A stretch of DNA of 64,000 bases from an uncultured Bacteroidota bacterium (GCA_963843605.1 CAWJLA010000004.1:219282-283281), one strand, 5' to 3'. Positions 11,795 through 23,309 are shown, counted from the stretch's first letter. Numbers and translations are program-made. The notes: generated by a model not told the origin, from the sequence alone.

Positions 11795-11823
11795 AATATA
11801 GACGATATGCCAAATTTTGTCAA
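11795..11823 (-). promoter_or_regulatory. Sigma70-type promoter for the rpsL-rpsG-fusA-tuf operon
   Basis: Minus strand TTGACA (11818-11823), 17-nt spacer, TATATT (11795-11800), about 45 nt upstream of the rpsL start and just downstream of the rpoC terminator. Confidence 0.6.
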
Positions 11824-11863
11824 GAAAACCTGAAATTATTTTTATTTTTTTTGAATATTTAGG

Positions 11864-11900
11864 CAAAAAAATCCGGCTCAATTAACACTTGAGCCGGATT
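11864..11900 (-). terminator. Intrinsic terminator after rpoC
   Basis: Minus-strand AAUCCGGCUCA-loop-UGAGCCGGAUU (11-bp perfect stem) followed by UUUUUUU. Confidence 0.8.
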
Positions 11901-11919
11901 CAAAGTAATTTAACCGAAT

Positions 11920-14900
11920 TTAAGCTTGAACTTGTTCTTCTTCTTTCTTCTCAGGTACAACTTCTTCCGATTCTAAAATAATATTACCGTACTTCTTAAG
12001 TCCGGAACCAGCCGGAATAAGATGGCCCATAACCACATTTTCTTTTAGTCCAAGTAAATGGTCAACTTTTGCCTCGGTAGCTGCGTTGGCAAGGACTTTT
12101 GTAGTTTCCTGGAATGAAGCAGCCGAAATAAAGCTTTCGGTAGAAAGAGCTGCCTGTGTAATTCCGAGCAATACATGTTCAAAGGTTGCCGGTTCAGCGT
12201 CACGAGCGATAACCGCTTTCTTGCTCTTCTTCTTTAGGTCGGCATTGATTTCTCTGAATTTGCTTTTTGAAATAAGCTGTCCGTCCTTATATCTCGAATC
12301 ACCTTTATCTTCAACTTTTACCATTCCCATGATTTTATTGTTTTCTTCAATAAATTCATTTCTGTCAACTGCATCTTCTTCGAGGAACTTAGTATCGCCG
12401 GGAGAAACTATCTTTATCTTCTGTAGCATTTGGCGAACAATTACTTCGATATGTTTATCGTTTATTTTAACACCTTGCAGGCGGTAAACATCCTGAATTT
12501 CATTAACAAGATATTCCTGAACAGCACTCGTACCCTTTATTTTCAAGATATCGTGAGGATTGATGGGACCGTCGGTTATTTTTTCACCGGCAGGTATTTC
12601 ATCGCTTTCCTGAACAAGAACGTGTTTACCTAACGGAACATTGTATTTCTTTTCGTCGGATTTATCAGGCGCTATAACTATAATTTCTCTCGAGCCTTTC
12701 TTTCTTGCACCGAATTTTACCGTTCCTTCAATTTCCGAAACAATTGCTGTTTCCTGAGGACTGCGGGCCTCGAAAAGCTCAGTAACTCTAGGAAGACCGC
12801 CGGTAATGTCTCGGCTCTTGCTCTGTTGTTTAGAAATCTTGGCAAGGATTGTACCTGCGGGAACACTTTCGCCTTCTTCAACAGATAAGTAAGCTCTAGT
12901 CGGAATGTTGAACGATTTCCGGGTTCCGTCTTCGGCTTCAATCATAATACTAGGCGTCAATGTCTTATCCTTTGATTCGATAACAACTTTCTGCACGTGT
13001 CCGGTCTGTTCGTCGGTAACCTGTTGCAAAGTAGAATTATCGATCATATCGACAAATTTGACCATTCCGGAAATGTCCGTAAGTATAACGGAATTATACG
13101 GGTCATGGTTATAAAGAGGAGTACGTTTTCTAACACTTTGTCCGTCTCCTACAACCAGTTCCGCACCGTAAGGAACATCAAATTTTTTAATCTGTCTGTT
13201 GTTATCGTCGTAAATTCCGATAACACCCCTTCTTCCGGTAACTACTTTAACAGGTCCTAAGAAATCCGATTTCTCTACGTAAGTAATTCTCTCAAACCTT
13301 ACCACACCGTCAATATTTGTCTCAACCTGCGACTGGCTTGCAATTCTCGAAGATGTACCGCCTAAGTGGAATGTTCTAAGTGTAAGCTGCGTACCGGGTT
13401 CACCGATTGATTGCGCGGCAATAATACCCACTGCCTCGCCAATCTCTACAAGTTTTCCGTTAGTTAAATTTCTGCCGTAACACTTTGCGCATACTCCGCG
13501 TTTCGATTCGCAGGTAAGCACTGTTCGGATATAAACGGAGTCAATACTAGAATCTTCAATTTTTTCGGCAATCTCTTCCGTAATTAAATCGCCGGCAGCA
13601 ATAATAAGATCATCCGTACGCGGATCGTAAACATCTTCCTGTGCAACGCGACCGATAATTCTTTCGGCCAACGGTTCTCTTTCCTGTTCAACATCTTTTA
13701 ATGCAGTAATCTCAATACCCAAAATAGTACCGCAGTCAACTTCGGTAATTATCACGTCCTGAGAAACGTCAACCAGCCTTCTGGTAAGATAACCGGCATC
13801 GGCTGTTTTAAGAGCCGTATCTGCAAGACCCTTACGGGCACCGTGTGTTGAAATGAAGTACTCAAGTACCGATAATCCTTCTTTAAAGTTTGCGACGATC
13901 GGGTTTTCGATAATTTCACCGGCCTGACCTGATAAACTCTTCTGAGGTTTCATCATAAGTCCGCGCATACCGGCAAGTTGTCTAACCTGTTCCTGAGAAC
14001 CTCTAGCACCGGAGTCAACCATCATATGAAGTGAATTGAACCCGTTGTTTGCAACCTTAATTTTATCCATCAAGGCGCGGGCTACATCGTTTGTAGTATG
14101 CGTCCAAACGTCGATAATTTTATTATAACGTTCCGCATCTGTAATAACACCCTGCTCATGTTCGCTTAATATGGCTTCAACTTTTTTATTGGCTTTTTCA
14201 ATCAGGTTAACTTTTTCTTCCGGGATGATCATATCGGCATAGCTAACCGAAAGTCCGCCGGCAGTTGAATAACGGAATCCGGTATCTTTCAGATCATCAA
14301 GGAATTTGGCAGTTACTTTATTGCCAAGCTTCATAAACATCTGGCCGATAAAACCGCCGAATGTTTTCTTAATAAGAAGCTGGTTAAAGAATCCCATTTC
14401 TTTCGGAACGATCTGGTTGAAAATTACTCTTCCCACTGTAGTTTCAATAAAATTTCCGTCAATCCTTACTTTTATTTTAGCATGCAAGGCGGCTACTTTG
14501 GAATTATATGCAATGATAACTTCTTCGGCTGAACCGAAAACCATTCCCTCGCCTTTTTCTCCGTCTTTTAGTTTTGTCAGATAATAGCACCCTAGTACGA
14601 TGTCCTGTGTAGGTACAACAATCGGACTTCCGTTTTGCGGAGACAGGATATTATGACTACTGAGCATAAGCAGCGAAGCTTCAAGCTGGGCTTCGAATGA
14701 GAGCGGTACGTGAACCGCCATCTGGTCGCCGTCGAAGTCAGCGTTAAAAGCCGTACAAACCATCGGATGCAGCTGAATTGCTCTGCCGTCGATTAATAAC
14801 GGCTGAAAAGCCTGGATACCCAATCTGTGGAGAGTAGGAGCTCTGTTTAACAAGATCGGATGTCCTTCAATAATTTTTTCCAGAATATCCCATATAATAG

Positions 14901-16149
14901 GATCTTTTCTGTCGACAACTTTTCTGGCGCTTTTAACTGTTTTGTTGTGACCTCTTTCAATCAGTTTCCTGATAATAAAAGGCTTGAATAATTCAACCGC
15001 CATATCTTTCGGTAATCCGCACTGGTGAAGCTTTAATTCCGGTCCTACAACAATAACCGAACGTCCGGAATAGTCAACTCTCTTACCGAGAAGATTTTGT
15101 CTGAAACGGCCTTGTTTACCTTTAAGCATATCGCTCAAGGATTTTAAAGGTCTGTTGTTGTCGCTTCTCACTGCACTGCCGCGGCGTGAATTATCGAACA
15201 AGGCATCCACCGCTTCCTGAAGCATTCTTTTTTCATTACGAAGAATGACTTCCGGAGCTTTAATATCCATTAATCTTTTAAGACGGTTGTTACGAATAAT
15301 AACGCGTCTGTATAAATCGTTCAAATCGCTTGTTGCAAATCTTCCGCCTTCAAGAGGAACAAGGGGTCTTAATTCCGGCGGAATAACGGGAATATAATTG
15401 AGTACCATCCATTCCGGTTTGTTGGCGACTTTGTTTTCTTCTTCCTTGAAAGCCTCGAGAACTCTAAGTCTCTTCAATACATCGGCTTTTTTCTGCTGTG
15501 AAGTTTCAACAAGAAGCTGATCGCGGAGTTCTTTAGATAATTTTTCTACATCCGTATTTTTTAATATTTCTCTAACAGCATCGCCGCCTATTTTAGCAAC
15601 AAATTTTTTAGGATCGGTAGCATCTAGTTTTTCATTTCCGGCAGGCAGCGAATTTAGAACTTCAAAATACTGATCTTCCGAAATCAAGTCTAATCTGCTT
15701 AACCCAGTAGGACCCGGATTAATTACTACATAAGATTCGTAGTAAATAATTTTTTCAAGTTCCTTAAGACTCAAACCTATTATGTTACCTATTTTTGAAG
15801 GCTGCGCTCTGAAGAACCAGATGTGAACGACAGGAACTGCAAGGCCGATATGCCCCATTCTTTCGCGTCTAACGCTTTTCTGGGTAACTTCAACGCCGCA
15901 TCTGTCGCATATAATACCTTTGTACCTGATTCTTTTATATTTACCGCAGAAACATTCCCAATCCCTTGTAGGACCGAATATTTTTTCGCAGAACAGACCG
16001 TCTTTTTCAGGGCGGAAGGATCTGTAGTTGATTGTTTCCGGTTTTGTTACTTCACCATAAGATCTTGATAAAACATCATCGGGACTAGCTAAACTGATAG
16101 TGATACTATTAATATCACGCATTGCATTTTCTTGAACTCTATAAGGCAT
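11920..16149 (-). CDS. rpoC: DNA-directed RNA polymerase subunit beta'
   Basis: 1409 aa intact; NADFDGD catalytic motif, zinc-binding CxCGK... N-terminus. Confidence 0.98.
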   Translation of the reverse strand: MPYRVQENAMRDINSITISLASPDDVLSRSYGEVTKPETINYRSFRPEKDGLFCEKIFGPTRDWECFCGKYKRIRYKGIICDRCGVEVTQKSVRRERMGHIGLAVPVVHIWFFRAQPSKIGNIIGLSLKELEKIIYYESYVVINPGPTGLSRLDLISEDQYFEVLNSLPAGNEKLDATDPKKFVAKIGGDAVREILKNTDVEKLSKELRDQLLVETSQQKKADVLKRLRVLEAFKEEENKVANKPEWMVLNYIPVIPPELRPLVPLEGGRFATSDLNDLYRRVIIRNNRLKRLMDIKAPEVILRNEKRMLQEAVDALFDNSRRGSAVRSDNNRPLKSLSDMLKGKQGRFRQNLLGKRVDYSGRSVIVVGPELKLHQCGLPKDMAVELFKPFIIRKLIERGHNKTVKSARKVVDRKDPIIWDILEKIIEGHPILLNRAPTLHRLGIQAFQPLLIDGRAIQLHPMVCTAFNADFDGDQMAVHVPLSFEAQLEASLLMLSSHNILSPQNGSPIVVPTQDIVLGCYYLTKLKDGEKGEGMVFGSAEEVIIAYNSKVAALHAKIKVRIDGNFIETTVGRVIFNQIVPKEMGFFNQLLIKKTFGGFIGQMFMKLGNKVTAKFLDDLKDTGFRYSTAGGLSVSYADMIIPEEKVNLIEKANKKVEAILSEHEQGVITDAERYNKIIDVWTHTTNDVARALMDKIKVANNGFNSLHMMVDSGARGSQEQVRQLAGMRGLMMKPQKSLSGQAGEIIENPIVANFKEGLSVLEYFISTHGARKGLADTALKTADAGYLTRRLVDVSQDVIITEVDCGTILGIEITALKDVEQEREPLAERIIGRVAQEDVYDPRTDDLIIAAGDLITEEIAEKIEDSSIDSVYIRTVLTCESKRGVCAKCYGRNLTNGKLVEIGEAVGIIAAQSIGEPGTQLTLRTFHLGGTSSRIASQSQVETNIDGVVRFERITYVEKSDFLGPVKVVTGRRGVIGIYDDNNRQIKKFDVPYGAELVVGDGQSVRKRTPLYNHDPYNSVILTDISGMVKFVDMIDNSTLQQVTDEQTGHVQKVVIESKDKTLTPSIMIEAEDGTRKSFNIPTRAYLSVEEGESVPAGTILAKISKQQSKSRDITGGLPRVTELFEARSPQETAIVSEIEGTVKFGARKKGSREIIVIAPDKSDEKKYNVPLGKHVLVQESDEIPAGEKITDGPINPHDILKIKGTSAVQEYLVNEIQDVYRLQGVKINDKHIEVIVRQMLQKIKIVSPGDTKFLEEDAVDRNEFIEENNKIMGMVKVEDKGDSRYKDGQLISKSKFREINADLKKKSKKAVIARDAEPATFEHVLLGITQAALSTESFISAASFQETTKVLANAATEAKVDHLLGLKENVVMGHLIPAGSGLKKYGNIILESEEVVPEKKEEEQVQA

Positions 16150-16213
16150 TTTTTATCTCCTAATTTCTAAGTGAAAAATCGCCTGCTTAACTAAAACAGG
16201 TGTTCTGCTTGTG

Positions 16214-19200
16214 TTAATTAATTTTTATATCAAGGCCCAATCCTTGAAGTTCCTTAATCAACACATTGAACGATTCAGGAATATTCGGTTCCTGTAAGTT
16301 TTCACCCTTCACAATTGCTTCGTAGGCTTTAGCTCTACCGGCAACATCGTCGCTTTTTATTGTTAGTATTTCCTGAAGTATATGTGAAGCACCGTATCCT
16401 TCCAGTGCCCATACTTCCATTTCTCCGAATCTCTGCCCGCCGAACTGCGCTTTACCGCCCAACGGCTGCTGAGTAATCAGCGAGTATGGCCCGATTGACC
16501 TGGCGTGAATCTTATCGTCTACCAAGTGACTTAATTTAAGCATGTATATATATCCGCAAGTTACTTTCTGATGGAATTTCTCACCGGATCTTCCGTCGTA
16601 CAGATCGGTCTTGCTTCCTCTCTCAAGCCCTGCTTTCTCAAGCCATTCATCAACGTCTTCTATTTTAGCGCCGTCAAAAATAGGCGTCGAAAATTTAAGA
16701 CCTAATTTTTTGCCCGCCCAGCCTAAAGCAGTTTCATAGAGCTGTCCGAGGTTCATACGGGAAGGCACACCGAGCGGATTAAGTACTATATCTACCGGTG
16801 TTCCGTCAGGTAAAAACGGCATGTCTTCGGCCGGTACTATTTTGGCAACAACCCCTTTGTTACCGTGGCGGCCGGCCATTTTATCTCCGACGGATAATTT
16901 ACGTTTCTTAGCGACGTATACTTTTGCAAGCTGTACTATTCCCGGAGGAAGTTCGTCGCCGCTGGTAATTTTAATTTTCTCTCTCTTAAATTCTTCTTCT
17001 ATATCGGATAAATTATCAAAATAATTTTTATAGAGAAGTTTTATCAGATTATTTATTTTTTTAGAGTCAAACCAGTCGAGAGTATAATCCATTTTGGTTA
17101 CATCTTCCATGGACGAAAATGTACTGTCTTTAATGGAAGTTCCGCTTCTAAGGACAACACTGCCCTCCAGATCGCGGATACCGGATGCTGTTTCTCCTTC
17201 GGTTATTTTTGTTAATTTTTCAACAAGCTTACTATAGAGTTCCGTCAGATCGTGGCTATGCTGATTCTCAAGCTGATCGAGTTGTTTCTTTTCAACTTTT
17301 TTGGATTCGACGTCTCTTCTCTTTCTGCTGAACAGTCTGGTTTTAATTATGGTGCCTTTTAGTCCAGGAGGCGCTTTCAGAGAAGCATCTTTAACATCGC
17401 CTGCTTTATCTCCGAAAATGGCTCTTAAAAGTTTTTCCTCGGGTGTCGGATCGGTTTCGCCTTTAGGCGTAATTTTTCCGATAAGAATATCACCTTCTTT
17501 AACTTCTGCGCCTTCTCTGATAATACCGTTCTCGTCAAGATTTTTAACCGACTCTTCGCTTACATTCGGAATTTCTCTTGTAAGCTCTTCTTCGCCGCGC
17601 TTAGTTTCGCGAACCTGAAGTTCAAATTCTTCTATATGAATCGAAGTATAAACATCTTCACTTACTACTTTTTCGCTTATAATAATAGCATCTTCGAAAT
17701 TATAGCCTCTCCACGGCATGAACGCTACAAGAACATTCCGTCCCAATGCAAGATCGCCCTGGTCGGTCGAACTTCCGTCGGCAAGAACATCTCCTTTTAC
17801 CAGTTTCTGCCCTTCATGAACAACGGGCATCTGGTTTATACATGTTTCCTGGTTTGTTCCGTGGAATTTAATAAGCTTATAAACTACTTTCCTTACATCG
17901 TTAAAACTAGTTAACGCTTCAATGCTGTTCGGATTGATGTCGTACTTTACAATAATTTTATTAGCATCTACATATTCTACCGAACCGTTATCCTCGGCAA
18001 CTATAACTGCTTTGGAGTCAGTCGCAATTTTTTTCTCCATGCCCGTACCAACAATAGGCGCCTCCGGCCTTAATAAAGGAACGGCCTGGCGCTGCATATT
18101 CGAACCCATCAACGCTCTGTTGGCATCATCGTGCTCGAGGAACGGAATAAGCGCAGCTGCGGCGCTTACTATCTGTGCCGGCGCAACATCCATATACTGG
18201 ATATGATCCGGAGTAATAATAGGGAACTCGCCTTTATTTCTGGATTTTACTCTTTCATTCACAAATTTTCCATCGCCGGTAAGAGGAGCATTTGCCTGGG
18301 CAATTGTGTATAAATCTTCCTGCTCTGCAGTTAAATAATCAATTTTTTCCGTTACTTTTCCTCTTTCAACTTTTCTGTACGGCGTTTCCAGAAAGCCGTA
18401 GCGGTTAACCCGCGCATAAATTGTAAGAGATGAAATCAAACCGATATTCGGACCTTCGGGCGTTTCGATCGGGCATAAACGTCCGTAATGGGTATAGTGA
18501 ACGTCACGAACTTCGAATCCCGCTCTTTCCCTGGTTAAACCGCCCGGTCCCAAAGCAGACATTCTGCGTTTGTGCGTCATTTCCGCCAGAGGATTTGTCT
18601 GATCCATAAACTGGGACAGTTGGTTGGTACCGAAGAATGCGTTTATTACGCTGCTTATTGTTCTTGCATTAACAAGATCCTGCGGCGTAAAGTTTTCGGT
18701 ATCGCGCATGTTCATTCTTTCTTTTATTGTTCTGGCCATACGCGCCATACCGATATTAAACTGCTGGCCCAATTGTTCGCCGACAGTTCTTATTCTTCTG
18801 TTACCCAGATGATCTATGTCGTCTATGTTTACATTGCCGTTACGCAGTTTAATTATATATTTCATTATAGCGAGAATATCATCCTTCGTCAGCACTGTAA
18901 CGTTTTCAGGAATTTCAACTTTTAATTTGTCGTTCATCCTGTGTCTGCCCACATCGCCGAGATCATATCTCTTATCGTTAAAGAAGAGCTTGTCGATTAA
19001 AGCTTCCGCAGTATCCAAATCGGGAGCCTCGCCGGAACGCAGCTGGCGGTAAATTGCGAACAAAGCTTCTTCTCTTGTGCTTGCGGTATCTTTTCTAAGC
19101 GTATTTAATATCAAATCGTTATCCGGTGAAGTACTTGAACTGATCAATTTCAGTGCTTCTACTTCAGCATCCTTAAGCCTATCAATATCCTCTTCGGTAA

Positions 19201-19975
19201 GAACACTATCCTTTGTCAGGAAAATCTCGCCGGTGGACATATCGAATACGTCACTGGCAATTGTTCTTCCAACATATTCTTCAATTTTTACTTTTTTAAC
19301 TTTAATTTCTTCAACCAAATTAAAGAGATTTAAAATCTCTTCGTCTGTAGCGTAATCTAGGGCTCTTAGTAAAGTAGTTGCCGGGAATTTTTTTCTCCGG
19401 TCTATATAAACATACATTACGTAATTGATATCGGTTGCAAATTCAACCCACGAACCTCTCAAGGGAATAATTCTGGCTGAATAGATCGGGGTACCGTTCG
19501 GGTGAACAGTTTGTGCAAATGCAACGCCCGGTGAACGGTGCAACTGAGAAACAACGACTCTTTCGGCACCGTTGATAACAAAGGTACCTTTTTCGGTCAT
19601 ATACGGAAGGTTGCCTAAATAAACTTCTTGTTCAACACTGTTAACGAATTCCTGTGTTTCCGGATCTTTAGTTGACAGACGGAGTTTTCCTTTTAAAGGA
19701 GCAGAAAAAGTTAATCCTCTTTCTTGGCATTCTTGAACAGAGAATCTCGGTTTTTCAACATAATATTCAATAAAATCAAGCCGGTAATTCTCTTTGTTGT
19801 CAAAAATTGGAAAGTTGGCATTAAATACCGCCTGAAGACCTTTGGCTTCCCTTTTGTCCGGCGGAGTTTTTAACTGTACGAACTCTTCAAAAGACGCCGT
19901 CTGGATATTCAGCAAATCGGGCGGCTCTATTACAGAAGTAATCCGTGAAAAGGTAATTCTATTATTATTAGCCAA
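16214..19975 (-). CDS. rpoB: DNA-directed RNA polymerase subunit beta (start taken at TTG 19973-19975, preceded by GGAGGA; the ORF is open to 20038)
   Basis: ANNNRITFSRITSVIEPPDLLNIQTASFEEF...; conserved rpoB blocks throughout; about 1253 aa. Confidence 0.95.
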   Translation of the reverse strand: MANNNRITFSRITSVIEPPDLLNIQTASFEEFVQLKTPPDKREAKGLQAVFNANFPIFDNKENYRLDFIEYYVEKPRFSVQECQERGLTFSAPLKGKLRLSTKDPETQEFVNSVEQEVYLGNLPYMTEKGTFVINGAERVVVSQLHRSPGVAFAQTVHPNGTPIYSARIIPLRGSWVEFATDINYVMYVYIDRRKKFPATTLLRALDYATDEEILNLFNLVEEIKVKKVKIEEYVGRTIASDVFDMSTGEIFLTKDSVLTEEDIDRLKDAEVEALKLISSSTSPDNDLILNTLRKDTASTREEALFAIYRQLRSGEAPDLDTAEALIDKLFFNDKRYDLGDVGRHRMNDKLKVEIPENVTVLTKDDILAIMKYIIKLRNGNVNIDDIDHLGNRRIRTVGEQLGQQFNIGMARMARTIKERMNMRDTENFTPQDLVNARTISSVINAFFGTNQLSQFMDQTNPLAEMTHKRRMSALGPGGLTRERAGFEVRDVHYTHYGRLCPIETPEGPNIGLISSLTIYARVNRYGFLETPYRKVERGKVTEKIDYLTAEQEDLYTIAQANAPLTGDGKFVNERVKSRNKGEFPIITPDHIQYMDVAPAQIVSAAAALIPFLEHDDANRALMGSNMQRQAVPLLRPEAPIVGTGMEKKIATDSKAVIVAEDNGSVEYVDANKIIVKYDINPNSIEALTSFNDVRKVVYKLIKFHGTNQETCINQMPVVHEGQKLVKGDVLADGSSTDQGDLALGRNVLVAFMPWRGYNFEDAIIISEKVVSEDVYTSIHIEEFELQVRETKRGEEELTREIPNVSEESVKNLDENGIIREGAEVKEGDILIGKITPKGETDPTPEEKLLRAIFGDKAGDVKDASLKAPPGLKGTIIKTRLFSRKRRDVESKKVEKKQLDQLENQHSHDLTELYSKLVEKLTKITEGETASGIRDLEGSVVLRSGTSIKDSTFSSMEDVTKMDYTLDWFDSKKINNLIKLLYKNYFDNLSDIEEEFKREKIKITSGDELPPGIVQLAKVYVAKKRKLSVGDKMAGRHGNKGVVAKIVPAEDMPFLPDGTPVDIVLNPLGVPSRMNLGQLYETALGWAGKKLGLKFSTPIFDGAKIEDVDEWLEKAGLERGSKTDLYDGRSGEKFHQKVTCGYIYMLKLSHLVDDKIHARSIGPYSLITQQPLGGKAQFGGQRFGEMEVWALEGYGASHILQEILTIKSDDVAGRAKAYEAIVKGENLQEPNIPESFNVLIKELQGLGLDIKIN

Positions 19976-20042
19976 TTTTAATCCTCCAATTATTTTTTTC
20001 TTTTCTATTACTGTCGAAGCATAACACAACGATACCAAAATA

Positions 20043-20070
20043 TAAAAAGCGATCCCGACTCGTCGGGATC
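20043..20070 (-). terminator. rplL-rpoB intergenic attenuator hairpin
   Basis: Minus-strand GAUCCCGA-CGAG-UCGGGAUC followed by GCUUUUU. The position matches the partial terminator known between rplL and rpoB in E. coli. Confidence 0.6.
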
Positions 20071-20107
20071 ACTTCTCATAAAACGCTTTATCTGTGATAA
20101 TATCTAA

Positions 20108-20485
20108 TTATTTGACTTCTACAGTGGCGCCGGCTTCTTCAAACTCTTTTCTGAGTTTTTCAGCTTCATCTTTAGAAATAGCTTCTTTAACGGCTTTAGG
20201 GGCACTGTCAACTAAATCTTTAGCTTCCTTTAATCCGAGACCGGTATGAGCTCTAACAACTTTAATTACATTGATTTTTTTCTCGCCGGCTGCTTTAAGG
20301 ATTACATCAAATTCGGTTTTTTCTTCAACAGGGGCTGCACCTGCTGCAGGGGCCGCACCGGCAACAACTACGGGAGCTGCTGCAGTAACACCGAATTCTT
20401 CTTCCAATGCTTTCTTCAAATCGGATGCTTCTACGAGGGATAGTCCTTTTATCTTCTCAACAATTTCTGCTACTTTCTCTGACAT
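20108..20485 (-). CDS. rplL: 50S ribosomal protein L7/L12
   Basis: 125 aa; Ala-rich hinge, [19 protein letters not shown]. Confidence 0.97.
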   Translation of the reverse strand: MSEKVAEIVEKIKGLSLVEASDLKKALEEEFGVTAAAPVVVAGAAPAAGAAPVEEKTEFDVILKAAGEKKINVIKVVRAHTGLGLKEAKDLVDSAPKAVKEAISKDEAEKLRKEFEEAGATVEVK

Positions 20486-20526
20486 TTTATTTTCTCCTAC
20501 TAATTAAATTTTTCAAAAACTAAATA

Positions 20527-21049
20527 TTATGCCGCTTCTTTTTTAGAGATCTCGTCTATTACGCTAACCAAATCTCTCATAACGGCATTTAATACACCGA
20601 CAATTCCTGAAGCCGGTGCGTTCAGACTTCCCATAATAGCTGCAATAATTTCATTTTTAGACGGAAGAGAAGCAATTTCGTTCAAATTCGAACCGTCGTA
20701 ATATTGATCTTCTATATAGCAAGCTTTAAGGGAAAATTTTTGTTTTTCATCAAAATATTTTTTGATGATTTTTGCCGGAGCAACCGGATTTTCGCCCGCA
20801 AAAGCGTAGCCGGTCATTCCTTCCAAATGATCTGCAAGTTTTTCAAATTTACCGGAATCATCGATCGCGCGTTTAAACATCAGTATTTTTAAATACTTTA
20901 TATTTAACGCCTTCCTTGCGGAATTGATTACGAATTTCACTAATATCCGCAACATTTATCCCGGTATAATCGGTAAGGAAAATCGCAGATGATTGTTCAA
21001 TCATTTCTTTAACTTCAGAAACGATATCAGCTTTTTCGTTCTTGTTCAT
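20527..21049 (-). pseudogene. rplJ: 50S ribosomal protein L10, 1-nt insertion in a homopolymer about 20886-20890
   Basis: MNKNEKADIVSEVKEMIEQSSAIFLTDYTGINVADISEIRNQFRKEGVKYKVFK, then the track ORF 20527-20955 from ...LMFKRAIDDSGKFEKL. 523 nt = 522+1. Confidence 0.85.
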
Positions 21050-21084
21050 TTTTCTCCCATACCAGATTTATATAAATCGTTTCG

Positions 21085-21128
21085 GCTCCTTAATTAACCG
21101 GAGCAAATACACCTACCTGAAAGTAGGT
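21085..21128 (-). promoter_or_regulatory. Two hairpins in the rplA-rplJ spacer (candidate L10-leader type autoregulatory structure)
   Basis: GCTCC-N10-GGAGC (21085-21104) and ACCTAC-N6-GTAGGT (21111-21128) read directly. The function is assumed by analogy with r-protein L10 leaders and is not verified. Confidence 0.3.
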
Positions 21129-21166
21129 TAGAAGCATTTTATTTTTTTACGAGTGCGTAAACTTTT

Positions 21167-21859
21167 TTAATGTACTGCTATCTCATCTTTGGAAATTTTC
21201 AAGCCGGGACCCATAGTAGTGGATAAGAAAAGGCTTTTAACATATTGTCCCTTAGCCGAAGTAGGTTTCAGTTTTACGATAGTATTGAGAAACGCTTTGG
21301 TATTATCTACCAGCTTTTCAGCTTCAAAATTCATTTTACCCAACGAAGTATGAACGATTCCGGCTTTTTCAACGCGGAATTCGATTTTACCCGCTTTTAC
21401 TTCACTGACGGCCTTGGCAACATCCTGAGTAACTGTTCCGCTCTTAGGGTTAGGCATAAGGCCTTTTGGACCAAGAACTCTACCGAGCTTTCCTAAGTCA
21501 CCCATTGAATCCGGCGTAGCAATAATAACATCTATATCGGACCAGCCTTCTTTTAATTTATCAAGATACTCTTCGAATCCTGCATAATCTGCTCCGGCAC
21601 TAAGTGCTTCCTGGGCTTTACTCTTGGATATAACGAGCACCCTAACCTGCTTACCGGTGCCGTGAGGAAGAGATACGGTGCCTCTTACCATCTGGTCGGC
21701 ATGTCTGGGATCAACTCCGAGCCTGATTGCGCAATCTAAAGATTCTACAAATTTAACTTTAGACTGATCTTTCAGAATATTTATTGCTTCCTCAAGAGAA
21801 TACTCTTTCTTGGTATCAATGGTTTTTACAATCTCTTTGATTCTTTTAGATTTTCGCAT
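21167..21859 (-). CDS. rplA: 50S ribosomal protein L1
   Basis: 230 aa; typical L1 sequence (DPRHADQMVRGTVSLPHGTGK). Confidence 0.96.
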   Translation of the reverse strand: MRKSKRIKEIVKTIDTKKEYSLEEAINILKDQSKVKFVESLDCAIRLGVDPRHADQMVRGTVSLPHGTGKQVRVLVISKSKAQEALSAGADYAGFEEYLDKLKEGWSDIDVIIATPDSMGDLGKLGRVLGPKGLMPNPKSGTVTQDVAKAVSEVKAGKIEFRVEKAGIVHTSLGKMNFEAEKLVDNTKAFLNTIVKLKPTSAKGQYVKSLFLSTTMGPGLKISKDEIAVH

Positions 21860-21904
21860 TTCTCATTTTCCTTTGAATGAACTTATGTCGTTAATCATGA
21901 CTAC

Positions 21905-22330
21905 TTAATCTTCTACCGTAATTCCCATGCTTCTGGCAGTACCTGCAACCATACTCATCGCATGGTCGATATCAAAAGCATTTAAATCGGGCATTTTAAG
22001 CTGTGCAATTTCCTGAACTTGGGCTTTTGAAACTTTAGCAACTTTAGTTCTATGCGGTTCTGCCGAGCCCTTTTCTACCTTAGCGGCTTTTTTCAACAGA
22101 ACTGCCGCAGGAGGAGTTTTTGTAATAAAAATAAAGGATTTGTCTGAAAAAACAGTAATAACAACTGGAATTATTAAACCGTCTTTATCGGCAGTTCTTG
22201 CATTAAACTGCTTACAAAATTCCATAATATTAACACCCTTTTGACCCAATGCAGGTCCGACCGGAGGAGAGGGATTAGCTTTTCCGGCAGGGATTTGTAA
22301 CTTGATATAACCAGATATCTTTTTAGCCAT
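21905..22330 (-). CDS. rplK: 50S ribosomal protein L11
   Basis: 141 aa; [32 protein letters not shown]. Confidence 0.97.
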   Translation of the reverse strand: MAKKISGYIKLQIPAGKANPSPPVGPALGQKGVNIMEFCKQFNARTADKDGLIIPVVITVFSDKSFIFITKTPPAAVLLKKAAKVEKGSAEPHRTKVAKVSKAQVQEIAQLKMPDLNAFDIDHAMSMVAGTARSMGITVED

Positions 22331-22352
22331 ATGAATTACCTATAAACCTAAA

Positions 22353-22898
22353 TTATTTTTCTAATTCTGCTTGCACAAAATCGATTTCAACAGGAGTCTT
22401 CCGACCGAAAATTGAAACCATTACCTTAATCTTCATTTTTTCTTCGTTAACCTCTTGAACCGTACCGGTGAAATTATTGAAAGGACCGTCAATAATTTTT
22501 ACAATATCACCGTTTCTGAATATTGTCTCCATACGCTCACTGGATTCATCCTGTGTAATACGCCCGACAATTCTTTTAACTTCTTCCGGCTGTAGTGAAT
22601 TCGGATTATTTTTAGTACCTAAGAAACCCATAACGGAAGGAGTATTCAGGATAAAGTCCTTTACCTGGTTGTCGAGGTCGGCCTGAATTAAAATATAGCC
22701 GGGAAAAAAATTCTTAGTCCTGCTCTTTTTCTTACCGTCTTTTACTTCAAAGACCTTCTCAGTCGGCACTAAAACAGATTCAATTTTGGCTTGAAGTCTT
22801 TCATTATCTGCTAATTCGGCTTCAATTAAATTTTTAACTTTGTTTTCGTGACCGGAAAAAGTTCTTACGACATACCATTTTAATTCTGATTCAGCCAT
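22353..22898 (-). CDS. nusG: Transcription termination/antitermination factor NusG
   Basis: 181 aa; WYVVRTFSGHENKVK, KOW region GDIVKIIDGPFNNFTGTV. Confidence 0.96.
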   Translation of the reverse strand: MAESELKWYVVRTFSGHENKVKNLIEAELADNERLQAKIESVLVPTEKVFEVKDGKKKSRTKNFFPGYILIQADLDNQVKDFILNTPSVMGFLGTKNNPNSLQPEEVKRIVGRITQDESSERMETIFRNGDIVKIIDGPFNNFTGTVQEVNEEKMKIKVMVSIFGRKTPVEIDFVQAELEK

Positions 22899-22902
22899 TA
22901 AA

Positions 22903-23085
22903 TTAAAAAATTCCTTTAAATATTTGTGTGATTATCATGTCAATTACGTACGTAAAAGCAGCAATCATCAAACAAGCCACTATCACAACTGTGGTGGATT
23001 CTTTCAGTTCTTCGGTAGTCGGCCAAGTAACTTTTTTCATTTCCTTGACGACGTCATCGAAAAAAGCAATTATTTTTTGTTTCAT
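22903..23085 (-). CDS. secE: Preprotein translocase subunit SecE
   Basis: 60 aa, single C-terminal TM, EMKKVTWPT motif, directly upstream of nusG. Confidence 0.9.
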   Translation of the reverse strand: MKQKIIAFFDDVVKEMKKVTWPTTEELKESTTVVIVACLMIAAFTYVIDMIITQIFKGIF

Positions 23086-23114
23086 ATTTTAAGCTTTAAT
23101 GTTTGATTAGGCAG

Positions 23115-23188
23115 CACGTCAGGAGGGACTCGAACCCCCAACCTGCGGTTTTGGAGACCGCTGCTCTAGCCAATTGAGCTACTGACGT
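23115..23188 (-). tRNA. tRNA-Trp (anticodon CCA)
   Basis: Hand-folded cloverleaf: ACGTCAG/CTGACGT acceptor, GCTC/GAGC D-stem, GCGGT-CTCCAAA-ACCGC anticodon arm, TTCGAGT T-loop. Confidence 0.9.
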
Positions 23189-23252
23189 ATAAAATTTCAG
23201 CCTTAAAACAATTTTTTATTTTCTTAGACTTTTCCAATATATTTTTGCCAGT

Positions 23253-23300
23253 CTGCTTTAGCCAACCGATCTGTCCGCAGGCAAGTTGAGCCACTGACGT
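23253..23300 (-). other. tRNA-Trp-derived 5'-half pseudo-copy with a ~19-nt insertion in the D-loop
   Basis: Minus strand ACGTCAGTGGCTCAA[CTTGCCTGCGGACAGATCG]GTTGGCTAAAGCAG versus the genuine ACGTCAGTAGCTCAATTGGCTAGAGCAG 65 nt downstream. Confidence 0.7.
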
Positions 23301-23309
23301 ATTCACAAA

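Noticed and set aside
11920-20038. Numerous plus-strand ORFs of 60-156 aa in the track inside rpoC, rpoB, fusA, tuf, lepA and other genes (for example 12086-12487 and 9834-10304)
   Set aside because: They lie antisense to long, clearly conserved genes, have low-complexity Ser/Phe/Ile-rich translations and no start context. They are typical shadow ORFs of AT-rich coding DNA.
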